Source of the DNA: a bacterium
GTDB taxonomy: Bacteria > Electryoneota > Electryoneia > Electryoneales > Electryoneaceae
DNA: 64,000 nucleotides
Assembly: GCA_043801585.1 (NCBI GenBank)
Contig: JAZDLX010000115.1
Coordinates: 32,001 to 96,000, forward strand
Direction of reading: 5' to 3'
Positions 47,899-58,096 of the stretch are shown piece by piece (positions within the stretch are counted from its first letter, which is position 1; every line of letters begins with the position of its first letter). The notes below the pieces were generated by a model that did no database searches, was not told the origin of the DNA, and saw only the letters and a program-made list of their open reading frames with translations. Made by a program: the position numbers and the translations under genes.

Positions 47899-49232
47899 TG
47901 CCGAATGTGTCCGCACCCCCGGCTGAAGCCGCATTTGCCCGATACGAGGAACGGCTCGCGCGGGCGATGCCGGTTGTTCCTCGCGGAAGGGTTACGCGGG
48001 TGATCGGGCTTGTCATCGAGTCCACGGGGCCTGACACCTCGATTGGTGACATCTGTGAAGTTCTGGACCGTCACAGCCGACTCTGCGGCATGGCGGAAGT
48101 GGTGGGTTTTCGCGATCATCAGGTGCTGTTGATGCCCCTGGGTTCCATCGAAGGAATCCATCCCGGCAGCGTCGTTCGCAGTTTGCGGCGGCCGTTTACG
48201 GTGGGTGTGGGTGAGAATATCCTTGGCCGGGTGATTGACGGCCTGGGGCAACCGCTTGACGATGAAGGCCCGCTGCATATTGTTGCCCAGGTTCCCGTGG
48301 TCGCAATGCCGCCGCATCCATTAAAGCGCCAGCGGATCACCGAACCTCTCGAACTGGGGATTCGATCCATCGATGGACTGCTGACCTGCGGAAAGGGGCA
48401 GCGTTTCGGCGTCTTTGCCGGTTCCGGTGTCGGCAAGAGCCTTCTGATGGGTATGGTCTCCCGTAACACCGCCGCCGAGGTCAATGTCATCGCCCTGATC
48501 GGAGAACGTGGGCGAGAGGTGCGTGATTTCATCGAGCGAGACCTCGGTGTGGAAGGATTGAAGCGCAGTGTCGTCGTCGTTGTCACGTCGGATCAGCCGG
48601 CGTTGATCCGGATCAAGGGAGCGATGCTGGCGACGGCGATTGCGGAGTATTTCCGGGATCTCGGCAAAGACGTACTATTCCTGATGGACTCCGTAACCCG
48701 GCTTGCCATGGCGCAACGTGAAATCGGACTTGCTATTGGGGAGCCCCCGACAACCCGGGGATATACCCCGAGCGTCTTCGCACTCCTGCCGAAACTTCTG
48801 GAGCGTGCAGGCAGATCCGAAACGGGTTCGATCACGGCGCTGTACACCGTGCTTGTGGAAGGCGACGACATGAACGAACCCGTCGCCGATGCCGTGCGTT
48901 CGATCCTTGACGGGCATATCGTGCTGTCGCGAAAACTGACGGCGGAAAACCACTACCCCGCTGTCGATGTCCTCGAAAGCATCAGTCGTGTGATGTACGA
49001 TGTGACGCCAAAGGATTACCGGGACGCGGCGAAACGGGTGCTGGCGGATATGGCAATCTATCGGGAAAATGAGGACCTGATCAACATCGGCGCCTACAAG
49101 AAAGGCACCAATTCGCGCATCGACCGTGCAATTTCCAAACACGGCGATATCCGCAGTTTTCTTGTGCAGGACATCGAAGAACATGGAAAGATGGAAGAAG
49201 CCTGGGAACAGGTCAAGAAGTTGGCTGACTGA
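47895..49232 (+). CDS. fliI: Flagellar export ATPase FliI
   Basis: [39 protein letters not shown]. Confidence 0.98.
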   Translation: MMPNVSAPPAEAAFARYEERLARAMPVVPRGRVTRVIGLVIESTGPDTSIGDICEVLDRHSRLCGMAEVVGFRDHQVLLMPLGSIEGIHPGSVVRSLRRPFTVGVGENILGRVIDGLGQPLDDEGPLHIVAQVPVVAMPPHPLKRQRITEPLELGIRSIDGLLTCGKGQRFGVFAGSGVGKSLLMGMVSRNTAAEVNVIALIGERGREVRDFIERDLGVEGLKRSVVVVVTSDQPALIRIKGAMLATAIAEYFRDLGKDVLFLMDSVTRLAMAQREIGLAIGEPPTTRGYTPSVFALLPKLLERAGRSETGSITALYTVLVEGDDMNEPVADAVRSILDGHIVLSRKLTAENHYPAVDVLESISRVMYDVTPKDYRDAAKRVLADMAIYRENEDLINIGAYKKGTNSRIDRAISKHGDIRSFLVQDIEEHGKMEEAWEQVKKLAD

Positions 49233-49265
49233 CCGTGATTTTCACGGACGAGGGTAGATGACGCG

Positions 49266-49727
49266 ATGAAAAAATTCACCTTTCGACTGCAACGATTGAT
49301 GGACGCGAAACGGGGTGAAGAGCGTTTGCGCCAGCGCGATCTGGGCATCGAACAGCAGAAGCTTTCCGATGAGGAAATCAAGCTGCAGAAGCTGTCGGAC
49401 GACCTGAAGCAGGTGTACCAGGAGCAGCGTGAAAAGTTGAAGAAGGGAACGAGGGTCGGGGATCTGTTGCTGAGTCATCAGTGGCAGCGCAACCTTCGAA
49501 CCAGAATTCGCGGTCAGACAAAAGAGGTTGAAAAACAGGAATCACGAGTCGAAACAGCTCGAGAAGTACTCGTCGATGTAAGTCGCGAGAAGAAGGTGCT
49601 GGAAAAGCTCCGTGAACGTCGAAAAGATGAGCATCAGCACCAGGTGAACACAGAAACGCAGAACCAGCTTGATGATATTGGCGCCCGGCTCCATCGCCGG
49701 AGAAAGTCTTCATCATCGGAGTCATAG
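49266..49727 (+). CDS. fliJ: Flagellar export protein FliJ
   Basis: FTFRLQRL, coiled coil, KVLEKL, EQ-like..LDD; position. Confidence 0.92.
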   Translation: MKKFTFRLQRLMDAKRGEERLRQRDLGIEQQKLSDEEIKLQKLSDDLKQVYQEQREKLKKGTRVGDLLLSHQWQRNLRTRIRGQTKEVEKQESRVETAREVLVDVSREKKVLEKLRERRKDEHQHQVNTETQNQLDDIGARLHRRRKSSSSES

Positions 49728-49759
49728 GCCGCCGGCGATGGCGGGCGAGGGGATGAAAG

Positions 49760-50392
49760 ATGGATCGGAAGAAACAACAAGCCCTGTTCGGACTGGTGAT
49801 CTTCGGATACCTTGCGTTTTTCCTGGCGAATTACGTGTACCTCAGGAGCACCATCAAATGGCCTGAGGTCCCGCAGGATTCGTTGGGCGTCGAACAGCAG
49901 GAAGAGAAGCTCGATGAACTGCAGCTGACCTGGGATATTTCCGGTGAAAAGGGTCCTCCGAAAGAGATCAGTCAGAAAGAAAAAGAGGATACGGAACGTC
50001 AGCGTGGGCGCCAGGAAGCATTGGGTATTGCCGACAGTGTGGCCTTTGAGACTGCGCTTCCGATTAAAGGCGAGATTTCGCAGACCCAGCAGAATCTGGA
50101 GCAGACTCAGGATCATGTAAAAGAGCTGGAGCGGCTGATCTCGTTGCTGGCTTCACAGGCTGACAGCGTCGACCAGGAGCACGCCAGGCGGCTGTCCAAG
50201 ATCGTTGAGGCCATGAAACCGGCAGATGCCGCCGCTGTCATGAACCGCCTGAACAACCGGACAAACGCCGAACTGCTGCTGTCGATGAAACAGCGTCAGG
50301 CGGCGAAAATCCTGGCGGCGATGCCCAAGGATCGTGCGGCGGAGGTTGCCAGATACCTTTCGCGGGCGTATGCGAGGAGTTCGATCCTATGA
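49760..50392 (+). CDS. MotE/YlxF-like (MgtE N-terminal-like) flagellar protein
   Basis: N-terminal TM, coiled coil, AMKPADAA..MKQRQAAKILAAM. Confidence 0.8.
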   Translation: MDRKKQQALFGLVIFGYLAFFLANYVYLRSTIKWPEVPQDSLGVEQQEEKLDELQLTWDISGEKGPPKEISQKEKEDTERQRGRQEALGIADSVAFETALPIKGEISQTQQNLEQTQDHVKELERLISLLASQADSVDQEHARRLSKIVEAMKPADAAAVMNRLNNRTNAELLLSMKQRQAAKILAAMPKDRAAEVARYLSRAYARSSIL

Positions 50393-52155
50393 GCGAAACT
50401 GTTCAATCCCAGGGTTATAACGTCTCGGTTGAGGCATCCCGGCAATCCTCATCGGCGGTCGGCCGCAGCAATACCGCGGGGACACGCTTCGTGGATATCT
50501 TCCGGCGTCTGCTCGGCCGTGGAAGCAAACGGCCCGTGGCCTATGTCCGCACCGGCAAGGAAGTGTCGTTCGAGAATATCCCCTTCGTCGATTCGAGTGG
50601 TTCCCGCTTGAAGATTGCCAGGAATTCCGATGGGGAGACGGTCATCAGCAGAAAGGGCCGCCTCGGCACAAGCAGTAAAACGGTGGACGCCGTTCTGCGC
50701 CGCGAAAAAGCGCTCTCTGGCAACCAGGGCGTTTCACGAGCAATTCCGCAATTCCGCTCCCGAGCTTACAAACACCTGAAAGAGACGGAGGATCTGCGGA
50801 ACGGTATTATCACCGGCGATCTCGAAACGCCGGGCAATAGCTCATCTCGACTCCTCAAGAAGTTGAAAGCCGAGCAGGAGAAGGATGGTGTGGCTGTGGA
50901 CGCTGCCTGGCTGGAGCAGGTGAAACAGCACCTCAACCGCACCAAGAGCAGCGGCGCCGCGAATCTGAAAGCTGCGGCAGCCGCACTGAAGGGCGCGGAT
51001 GGGAAAAAGGATGTCGAAGAGCTTGCCGATCCCCGCCGTCCAAGGGTGACGAAATATGCTCCGAAGCGTGTGATCGCCGAGGAAACGGATCATCTTGTCA
51101 GCACACGCAAGGGGAAAGCAAACGGCAAAGCTTCTGTCGAAGACGATGAAATCACCGCGTTGAAGGAAGCTGCAAAGAAGTCCGTCGATAAAACCGTGAA
51201 TGCTGGCCGGGAAGTTGTGCAACGGATCTCGATTCAGAAAGAGAAACCCGTTGTGGCTCCGGGGGAATCTGAGAGTCGCAGTCTGCAGATTGTCCGTCAA
51301 TTGAAGAAGAACACCAACGGAACTTCCGCCGAGACAAATGATTCTCAGACCACCCATGTCCGCAAAAGCGTGGATGATATGCAGGCCAAGGGCTGGCGCG
51401 TTCACACACCGATCAACCAGCGTTCCCATAAGCAGACGGAAAACGCGACTGGCGATGCATTGCGTGGAGACAGACGTGTCGAACAATCGCCAAAGAAAGA
51501 CGCTGGTCAAACCACGAATGAAACGGGACAGCAGTTGAAGAAAGAGCAGGACGATTCTGCCAAGCCGAGCGATCTTGCCCGTGTTCAGGCGTCATCCGGA
51601 TCGTCCGTCCCGCGATCCAATCCCCAGAATGGTACGAACGGCACTCAGCACACTCAATCGCAGATCCCGTCAGCAAGCCAGGAAGCCTCGAAGGGATTGC
51701 AGAATCTGGATCAATTGCTTGCCCGGATGGAGACCAGCGCCCGCGTGCTGACAGGCAACGGACAGACGACGATGATCGTGCGCCTGTATCCACCCGAACT
51801 CGGTTCACTCAGCGTGAGGATTCGCGAGTCGAATGGCAAGTATAATGTGACGATGGATGCCGAGAACGAGAAGGCTGTCCGGGCCATTGAGAAGCAGATC
51901 CCGGTGATCCGGGAACATCTGAACAACCGGGGCATCCAAGTTGATCAGATTCAGGTCAGACAGGGCGGCGAGCAGGAGGCCGACAGTTTCGCGAACACAT
52001 TTGATCAACGTGAGGATAGCGAGCGTTCCGTGCGCAAAGGTCGGCCGAGGGGACACGGAATCGCCGGTTCCGAGGTCGAAGAAACACAGGTATCGGCTTC
52101 GAATCAACGTACGAAACTTCAACTCGGCACGAACACAATGGAAGAAGTAGGTTAA
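50389..52155 (+). CDS. fliK: Flagellar hook-length control protein FliK
   Basis: Low-complexity N-region, RLYPPELGSLSV C-domain; precedes flgD. Confidence 0.9.
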   Translation: MSETVQSQGYNVSVEASRQSSSAVGRSNTAGTRFVDIFRRLLGRGSKRPVAYVRTGKEVSFENIPFVDSSGSRLKIARNSDGETVISRKGRLGTSSKTVDAVLRREKALSGNQGVSRAIPQFRSRAYKHLKETEDLRNGIITGDLETPGNSSSRLLKKLKAEQEKDGVAVDAAWLEQVKQHLNRTKSSGAANLKAAAAALKGADGKKDVEELADPRRPRVTKYAPKRVIAEETDHLVSTRKGKANGKASVEDDEITALKEAAKKSVDKTVNAGREVVQRISIQKEKPVVAPGESESRSLQIVRQLKKNTNGTSAETNDSQTTHVRKSVDDMQAKGWRVHTPINQRSHKQTENATGDALRGDRRVEQSPKKDAGQTTNETGQQLKKEQDDSAKPSDLARVQASSGSSVPRSNPQNGTNGTQHTQSQIPSASQEASKGLQNLDQLLARMETSARVLTGNGQTTMIVRLYPPELGSLSVRIRESNGKYNVTMDAENEKAVRAIEKQIPVIREHLNNRGIQVDQIQVRQGGEQEADSFANTFDQREDSERSVRKGRPRGHGIAGSEVEETQVSASNQRTKLQLGTNTMEEVG

Positions 52156-52160
52156 TTCCG

Positions 52161-52179
52161 TACGGCAAGCTTTGCCGTA
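52161..52179. promoter_or_regulatory. ftr-like palindromic enhancer upstream of flgD
   Basis: TACGGCAA-GCT-TTGCCGTA perfect inverted repeat ~60 bp upstream of -24 box. Confidence 0.6.
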
Positions 52180-52230
52180 AGGATTCCAGTTTTAAGGGGC
52201 GAATCCTTAGTAATGGAACGGATTTAGGGG

Positions 52231-52246
52231 TGGCATACGCTTTGCT
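52231..52246 (+). promoter_or_regulatory. Sigma54 promoter of flgD operon
   Basis: TGGCATACGCTTTGCT, GG-N10-GC. Confidence 0.8.
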
Positions 52247-52355
52247 GAAAACTTCAAGTGGTACTCCAGAAATCATGGAGGTATCACAATAAAGATACAT
52301 CAAACGTTCCTCCGCCGGGCGACGTCCCGGCTCAACAACGAAAGGAGTCCAGAAA

Positions 52356-53126
52356 ATGGCTGAATTCCAATCCATTACAGGGTTGGTAGGCCGGCTTCCG
52401 ACGACGTTCGACACCGAACCAGCACAAGGTGAGATTGACAAAAACGGTTTCCTGAAACTTCTGCTGACACAAATGCAGAATCAGGATCCGCTTTCGCCGA
52501 TGGATTCGACGGATTACGCCGCGAATCTGGCACAGTTTTCCAGCCTGGAGCAGTTGCAGAACCTGAATACCTCGTTGGACCAGGGTCTTCAGGCGGATGT
52601 GCTGCTCGCACAATCAATCAATAACACGATGGCAGCAAATCTGATCGGCAAGGATGTCAAGGCCTATGGCGATTCAGTGCATCTCGCCAACGGCAACGCG
52701 AACACTGTCGCTTTTGATCTTACTTCCTTTACGGACAAAGTTGAATTTACTGTGAAGGATGCCAGCGGCAATGTCATTCGCACCGATACGCTTACCAATC
52801 TTACGGAAGGTGAACACACCTATGTGTGGGATGGTAAGGACGACCGTGGCAACAACGTCATGGATGGCACGTACACTGTCAAAGCCAACATCGTCAATGA
52901 TGATGGAACGGAATCCGCTCTGGAGACCTTTATCGTTGGTCTCGTGGATGCGGTTCGTTATGAATCAACGGGTGCGATTCTTGTCGTCGATGGTCTGAAC
53001 ATCGGCTTCGGTGACGTTCTGGAGCTTCGCGAACCGAGCTCGACGGAAGATTCGTCAGCCAGCACTACCAGCAGCTATAAGAACGTCTTCAATTCAATCA
53101 TGTCGACACTTGGACTCAACTTGTGA
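52356..53126 (+). CDS. flgD: Flagellar hook capping protein FlgD
   Basis: FLKLLLTQMQNQDPLSPMD, AQFSSLEQ, LIGK, WDGKD. Confidence 0.97.
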   Translation: MAEFQSITGLVGRLPTTFDTEPAQGEIDKNGFLKLLLTQMQNQDPLSPMDSTDYAANLAQFSSLEQLQNLNTSLDQGLQADVLLAQSINNTMAANLIGKDVKAYGDSVHLANGNANTVAFDLTSFTDKVEFTVKDASGNVIRTDTLTNLTEGEHTYVWDGKDDRGNNVMDGTYTVKANIVNDDGTESALETFIVGLVDAVRYESTGAILVVDGLNIGFGDVLELREPSSTEDSSASTTSSYKNVFNSIMSTLGLNL

Positions 53127-53539
53127 GGGATGAGATGGACTGGGACACACAGCGTATTCAAGCTCAACTCGACGGTGTCGGACCTGTCCGACCCGGCGGG
53201 GGGGCTACCCGGCCCAAATCCGCCCGTGAAGCCGGCGATGAATTTCGCCTTGCTTTGGATCGTGCACGCCAGGATGGAAAAGCACCTGATGTGACTTTTT
53301 CCGCACACGCCGCTGAACGATTGATGCAGCGTGGCATCACCCTGGATGGAAGCGATCTGAAGAAGATCAGCGACGGTCTCGATCGCGCTTCTGAAAAAGG
53401 CGCAAAGGATTCGTTGATGCTGCTCCGGGACCTGGCCCTCGTCGTCAGTGTCGAAAACAGAACGGTGGTCACGGCTCTTCAGGGCGAAAGCGCACGGGAG
53501 AGTGTCTTCACACAGATTGATAGTGCAATTCTGTTGTAG
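53123..53539 (+). CDS. Flagellar operon protein (TIGR02530-like)
   Basis: FSAHAAERL..RGI, KGAKDSL, VVSV.NRTVVTA, VFTQIDSA. Confidence 0.9.
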   Translation: MRDEMDWDTQRIQAQLDGVGPVRPGGGATRPKSAREAGDEFRLALDRARQDGKAPDVTFSAHAAERLMQRGITLDGSDLKKISDGLDRASEKGAKDSLMLLRDLALVVSVENRTVVTALQGESARESVFTQIDSAILL

Positions 53540-53564
53540 GCGTTTTTGGGACCTTTGACAACAA

Positions 53565-53698
53565 CAACCATGGTTGGGATAAGGCTGGACCTCATTGAGG
53601 AGGCCTTCGGCTTCGCCAAACGACAGAGGCGACGTCCCGGAGAAACCGGATTCCCACTATGGTAACATCCGCTGAAAAGCGGGAAGTGGGAGGAATCC
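53565..53698 (+). promoter_or_regulatory. Structured RNA leader of flgE (candidate cis-regulatory element)
   Basis: Three-way junction plus a stem that sequesters the GGGAGG SD. Confidence 0.55.
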
Positions 53699-53702
53699 TT
53701 TT

Positions 53703-55670
53703 ATGCTTCGGTCATTGTTTAGCGGCGTGAATGGTGTTCGAAACCACCAGATCATGATGGATGTGGTTGCGAACAACATCGCAAACGTCAACACAATCGG
53801 TTTTAAAAGTGGTCGCATCACGTTTTCAGATGCGATCAGCCAACTGTTGAAGGGGGGATCCGCTCCGCGGGATGCACGCGGTGGGTCCAACCCGGTTCAG
53901 GTGGGACTCGGCATGAAGGTGCAGTCGATCGACAACAACTTCGGTCAGGGTGGTCTTGAGCAGACCGGTTACAACACTGACCTCGCCATCGAAGGACGCG
54001 GATTCTTCGTTGTCCGCGAAGGCGACAAGCTGCTCTATACCCGTGCCGGCAACTTCACCATCGACGCCGACGGCAGACTGGTCGCCAACGGCGGCTCAAC
54101 CTTCGTACAGGGCTATCAGGCTGACGCGAACGGTGAACTTTCGGACCCGACTTTGCAGGACTTGACGGTTCCGGTCCAGTTGAAGACACCAGCGAATGCG
54201 ACGACTGAGGTCGTTCTTTATTCCAACCTCGATTCGGACGCGACGGAAGCGCTGGCTTCGCTGAGTGACGCTGGCGATTCGGGAGTAACCTCCGTTTCCG
54301 GTACCGCGGATGATGGTGTCGGTGGAACTCATACGATCCAAATCAGCGGTACAAACGCCACGAATTCGAACGGCATCGGAACGAGCACCTTCGGCGGCGG
54401 CGGGTCTTTGACCCTCGCCACGACACTCACGGCAGCAGGCGTGACGGATGTGGACGGATTCCAGGTGACGGTGGACCAGGGAACGGGCGACGAAGTGACC
54501 TACACAATCCTCGGTCTCGACCTGAACAGCACTGTTGGCGAATTGATCAACCAGCTTAACGCTCAGGTAGCAGGTGCGGAATTCGTACTGACGGGCGGTG
54601 AAATCGAAGTCACTCGCCGTTATGCCGGCGATGGTACAAGTTTCAGCGTTCTGCTTACGGATACCGGCGGAACGAGTGACCTTGTCGATCAACTCTTCAA
54701 CGACGGCGCCGCCGGCGTCGGTGGTACGGCAAACTTCGCTGTCGCCAACGGAACGGCTTCCTCACTGGCTGCCGTCGATACCTTCATTGACAACGCTACC
54801 GGAGCCACATCCACGAAGACGCTTGATTTCGTCGCTGATTCGTCAACGGGTTTGATGACGGAATTAACCGGTCTCGGGCGCAGTGGTGTTTCCGTCCGCG
54901 CCAACAGCGGATTTACAGCGACGGCTATCACCGGCAATGATTTGATCATCGACACCGCAGACACGAACCACTCAACCTCGATTACCGTCTACGATGAGCA
55001 GGGAGTGACGCACAACCTAACCCTCACATTCACCAAGACGTCGCAGTTGAATGAATGGAAATGGGAGGCGAGCATCCCCGAACCGGCTCGTCTTGTCAAC
55101 GGTTACTCCGGAACGGTAGAATTCAATCCGGACGGTACCCTGCGGGCGTGGAACTACGACAACAACCAGTCGAGTTTCAGCTTCGATCCAGGAACCAGCC
55201 AGGCGCTCGTGAACATCCAGTTTGACCCGGGTACGTTGGGCGGCATGGACGGCGTGACACAAACGGCTTCCAGCTTCTCAACCCAGGCGATCAGCCAGGA
55301 TGGGTACAGCATGGGTGTACTCGAGGGCATTGACATCGACAACAACGGCGAGATTACCGGCAGTTTCACCAACGGTCAACAACTCCGCCTCGGCGCCATT
55401 GCAATCGCCGATTTCAACAACACGGATGGTTTGAACAAGGAAGGTGACAACCTCTGGTCAGCAACCGATTCCGCGGGCACACCGAGGTACGGCCTTGCCC
55501 AGACGAACTTTGGAAGCCTGATCGACCGTGGCTTCCTCGAAATGTCGAACGTGGACCTGGTCAAGGAGTTTACATCGATGATTACGGCACAGCGCGGTTT
55601 CCAGGCGAGTGCGCGAGTCATCACAACGGCCGACCAGATTCTACAGGAAGTGACAAACTTGAAGCGGTAG
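53703..55670 (+). CDS. flgE: Flagellar hook protein FlgE (long form)
   Basis: MDVVANNIANVNTIGFK, DLAIEG.GFF, YTRAGNF, LEMSNVDL..EF, QRGFQA. Confidence 0.97.
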   Translation: MLRSLFSGVNGVRNHQIMMDVVANNIANVNTIGFKSGRITFSDAISQLLKGGSAPRDARGGSNPVQVGLGMKVQSIDNNFGQGGLEQTGYNTDLAIEGRGFFVVREGDKLLYTRAGNFTIDADGRLVANGGSTFVQGYQADANGELSDPTLQDLTVPVQLKTPANATTEVVLYSNLDSDATEALASLSDAGDSGVTSVSGTADDGVGGTHTIQISGTNATNSNGIGTSTFGGGGSLTLATTLTAAGVTDVDGFQVTVDQGTGDEVTYTILGLDLNSTVGELINQLNAQVAGAEFVLTGGEIEVTRRYAGDGTSFSVLLTDTGGTSDLVDQLFNDGAAGVGGTANFAVANGTASSLAAVDTFIDNATGATSTKTLDFVADSSTGLMTELTGLGRSGVSVRANSGFTATAITGNDLIIDTADTNHSTSITVYDEQGVTHNLTLTFTKTSQLNEWKWEASIPEPARLVNGYSGTVEFNPDGTLRAWNYDNNQSSFSFDPGTSQALVNIQFDPGTLGGMDGVTQTASSFSTQAISQDGYSMGVLEGIDIDNNGEITGSFTNGQQLRLGAIAIADFNNTDGLNKEGDNLWSATDSAGTPRYGLAQTNFGSLIDRGFLEMSNVDLVKEFTSMITAQRGFQASARVITTADQILQEVTNLKR

Positions 55671-55705
55671 GGTTGAACCCGACCGTGTGATGAAGCAATA
55701 ACGCT

Positions 55706-55744
55706 TTCCCGCCACCGGTTCGATGGGTGGACCGGTGGCGGGGG
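55706..55744 (+). other. Strong GC-rich intercistronic hairpin after flgE (possible mRNA stabiliser; no U-tract)
   Basis: TTCCCGCCACCGGTT/GACCGGTGGCGGGGA stem. Confidence 0.5.
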
Positions 55745-55759
55745 AGACAGGGAGAATCG

Positions 55760-55966
55760 ATGATCCAGGTAACAAGACTGGACGGCAGCGAGCTGATCGT
55801 CAACAGCGACATGATTGAATTTGTCGAGTCTACACCCGACACGATTCTAACATTGACGGACGGTAAAAAGGTGATTGTTCGCGAAAAGCCGGATGATGTG
55901 ATCGAACGAATCGTGACTTTCCGTCGCCGTGTCATTCAACCCGGCGAGGGTGAGGCACAGGCCTAA
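55760..55966 (+). CDS. flbD: FlbD/SwrD family flagellar protein
   Basis: MIQVTRLDG..VN.D.IE.VESTPDT.LTL. Confidence 0.93.
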   Translation: MIQVTRLDGSELIVNSDMIEFVESTPDTILTLTDGKKVIVREKPDDVIERIVTFRRRVIQPGEGEAQA

Positions 55967-55984
55967 GGGAGGCTGTGAGCCAAC

Positions 55985-56767
55985 ATGGATATTTCAACCC
56001 TTATCGGCATCGTTGCAGCGTTCGTGCTCGTGTCTATCTCCATTTTCATGGGCACGGGTATCTCGTTCTTCTTCAGCTTGAGTTCCGTCCTCATCGTCTT
56101 CGGCGGAACCATTGGATCGACGCTGGTGAACTTTCCCCTGTCGGAAGTGTTTGCGGTGATCAATGTTGCGAAGAACGCCTTCATGACAAAAGAAGTATCG
56201 TCCTATGACGCGATTGAACAGTTGGTAGACATTGCGGAAAAAGCGCGTCGGGAAGGCATCCTGGCGATCGAACGTGAACTCGATGATGTTCATGACACGT
56301 TCATGCGCCTTGGCATTCAGTACGCCGTTGACGGTACGGAACCGGAGACGATTCGTTCGATTATGGAGTCGGAGCTTAACGGGATGGAGGAACGTCACCG
56401 TCAGGGCAAAAGGATCTTTGAAGCGATGGGTACCTATGCACCTGCGTTCGGCATGATCGGGACGCTGATCGGTTTGATCCAGATGCTCGCGGCGTTGGAC
56501 GATCCCTCGAAAATCGGCGCTGGCATGGCGACAGCCCTTGTCACAACGCTCTATGGTTCTCTATCCGCCAATATTGTGTTCCTCCCGCTCGCAGGAAAAC
56601 TGGAATACCGGAGCCGGGAGGAAGGGCGGCGCAAGGAACTGATCATCGAGGGCATCCTGTCGATTCAATCCGGGGACAACCCGAGAATTGTACGTGAAAA
56701 ACTGAAAACGTTCCTGCCACCTGTTGAACGTGGTTACGGCGGTTCGGGCGGCGGAGACGAGTTATAA
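55985..56767 (+). CDS. motA: Stator protein MotA/PomA
   Basis: ARREGILAIE, APAFGMIGTLIGLI.ML, ALVTTLYG. Confidence 0.96.
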   Translation: MDISTLIGIVAAFVLVSISIFMGTGISFFFSLSSVLIVFGGTIGSTLVNFPLSEVFAVINVAKNAFMTKEVSSYDAIEQLVDIAEKARREGILAIERELDDVHDTFMRLGIQYAVDGTEPETIRSIMESELNGMEERHRQGKRIFEAMGTYAPAFGMIGTLIGLIQMLAALDDPSKIGAGMATALVTTLYGSLSANIVFLPLAGKLEYRSREEGRRKELIIEGILSIQSGDNPRIVREKLKTFLPPVERGYGGSGGGDEL

Positions 56768-56809
56768 CAGGTCAGGATTCGAGAGCGATCTCGACAGTGA
56801 GGGGCAAGC

Positions 56810-57520
56810 ATGCCAAAGCAGCATCAGGAAAATCCACCCCCGGGGGCTCCCCCTTGGGTGGTTACCTATGGCGACATGATGTCGCTGCTGCTGACGTTTT
56901 TCGTGCTGATCGTGAGTTTTTCCAGCACGGAACAGGTCAAATTCAAGGCTGCGATTTCGAGCATTCAGCAGGGACTTGGAATCTGGCCGAGCAACGCAGG
57001 CCTTCTTCCGACAATCGTTCTTTTCCAGAATCAAACCGAACAGGCCCAGGAAGCTGCGGAAATCGTCGAGGAGGTCGCGGCATACCTGCGAGAGACGAAC
57101 ATCGTCAACCAGGTCGAGATCTACAACACTCCCGCGGGAATACGCCTGATCATCTCGGACCCTTTGATGTTTCAAACAGGGAAGGCGGATATTCAGCCCA
57201 AGTTTCGTTCACTGTTGAATAAGATCGCGGAAATCATAAAAAAACGCGAATTTACGGAGATCAAAGTCGAGGGGCACACCGACAACATTCCGATTCGTAC
57301 GGATCAGTTCCCGAGCAATTGGGAGCTGAGTGCAGCCCGGGCGTTGAATGTTGTGAAGGTGCTGGCGTTTGATGGAGGCCTCGACCCTGCAAAACTTAGC
57401 GGCGTTGGCTATGGCCAGTATCGGCCGAGAGCGACAAACAATACTCCCGAAGGAAGATCGATGAATCGGCGTGTAGAGATCTGGATCGAGTATCGGGAGA
57501 AACTGGAATCAAGCAGTTGA
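56810..57520 (+). CDS. motB: Stator protein MotB/PomB
   Basis: WVVTYGDMMSLLLTFFVL, EGHTDN, SNWELS..RA, NRRVEI. Confidence 0.96.
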   Translation: MPKQHQENPPPGAPPWVVTYGDMMSLLLTFFVLIVSFSSTEQVKFKAAISSIQQGLGIWPSNAGLLPTIVLFQNQTEQAQEAAEIVEEVAAYLRETNIVNQVEIYNTPAGIRLIISDPLMFQTGKADIQPKFRSLLNKIAEIIKKREFTEIKVEGHTDNIPIRTDQFPSNWELSAARALNVVKVLAFDGGLDPAKLSGVGYGQYRPRATNNTPEGRSMNRRVEIWIEYREKLESSS

Positions 57521-57524
57521 GGCG

Positions 57525-58082
57525 GTGATGAACGAGTTCAACGAAGTCCAGGAAGGCGCGGAAGGCATCGAACTGCCGGATGTCGATGTCGAAGCCGGTG
57601 GTGAATTGCTTCCGGGTAAAAGTGAAGGTGGCGGTGGCGGCGGGAAGAGCGTCGTTTTCGCGGTCGTTGTCGTCATCATCCTGGCGTTCCAGGCGGTCTC
57701 GTCGCATTTCATCGTAAAGAATCTGTTTTTCTCGGAACCACCGGCGCCGAAGCAGCAGAAAGCGGAAACCAGCGACGAGATCGGAGAGATCTATAGGATA
57801 ACCGGGTTGATTGTCAATCCAAAAGAATCCCGGGGAAGCAAACACCTCCTGGTCGATTTCGGCCTGGAGACAAAAGACAAGAAAGTCATGGATGAGCTTT
57901 TGAAAATCGAGCCGCTGCTCCGTGACAACCTGAATACATTTTTTGCCGCGCAACGACTTGAGATTCTGCAGGACATTACCTATCGGGAAAAGCTGCGGAA
58001 GCGTGTGCAGGAAATTGTCAATTATCACCTCACTGAAGGCACGGTGGATGAAGTGTTCTTCATCCAGTACGTGCTTCAGTAG
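57525..58082 (+). CDS. fliL: Flagellar basal body-associated protein FliL
   Basis: Single TM, IVNP, PLLRD, V.EVFF..YVLQ. Confidence 0.9.
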   Translation: MMNEFNEVQEGAEGIELPDVDVEAGGELLPGKSEGGGGGGKSVVFAVVVVIILAFQAVSSHFIVKNLFFSEPPAPKQQKAETSDEIGEIYRITGLIVNPKESRGSKHLLVDFGLETKDKKVMDELLKIEPLLRDNLNTFFAAQRLEILQDITYREKLRKRVQEIVNYHLTEGTVDEVFFIQYVLQ

Positions 58083-58096
58083 AGCCTGAGGTTCCG

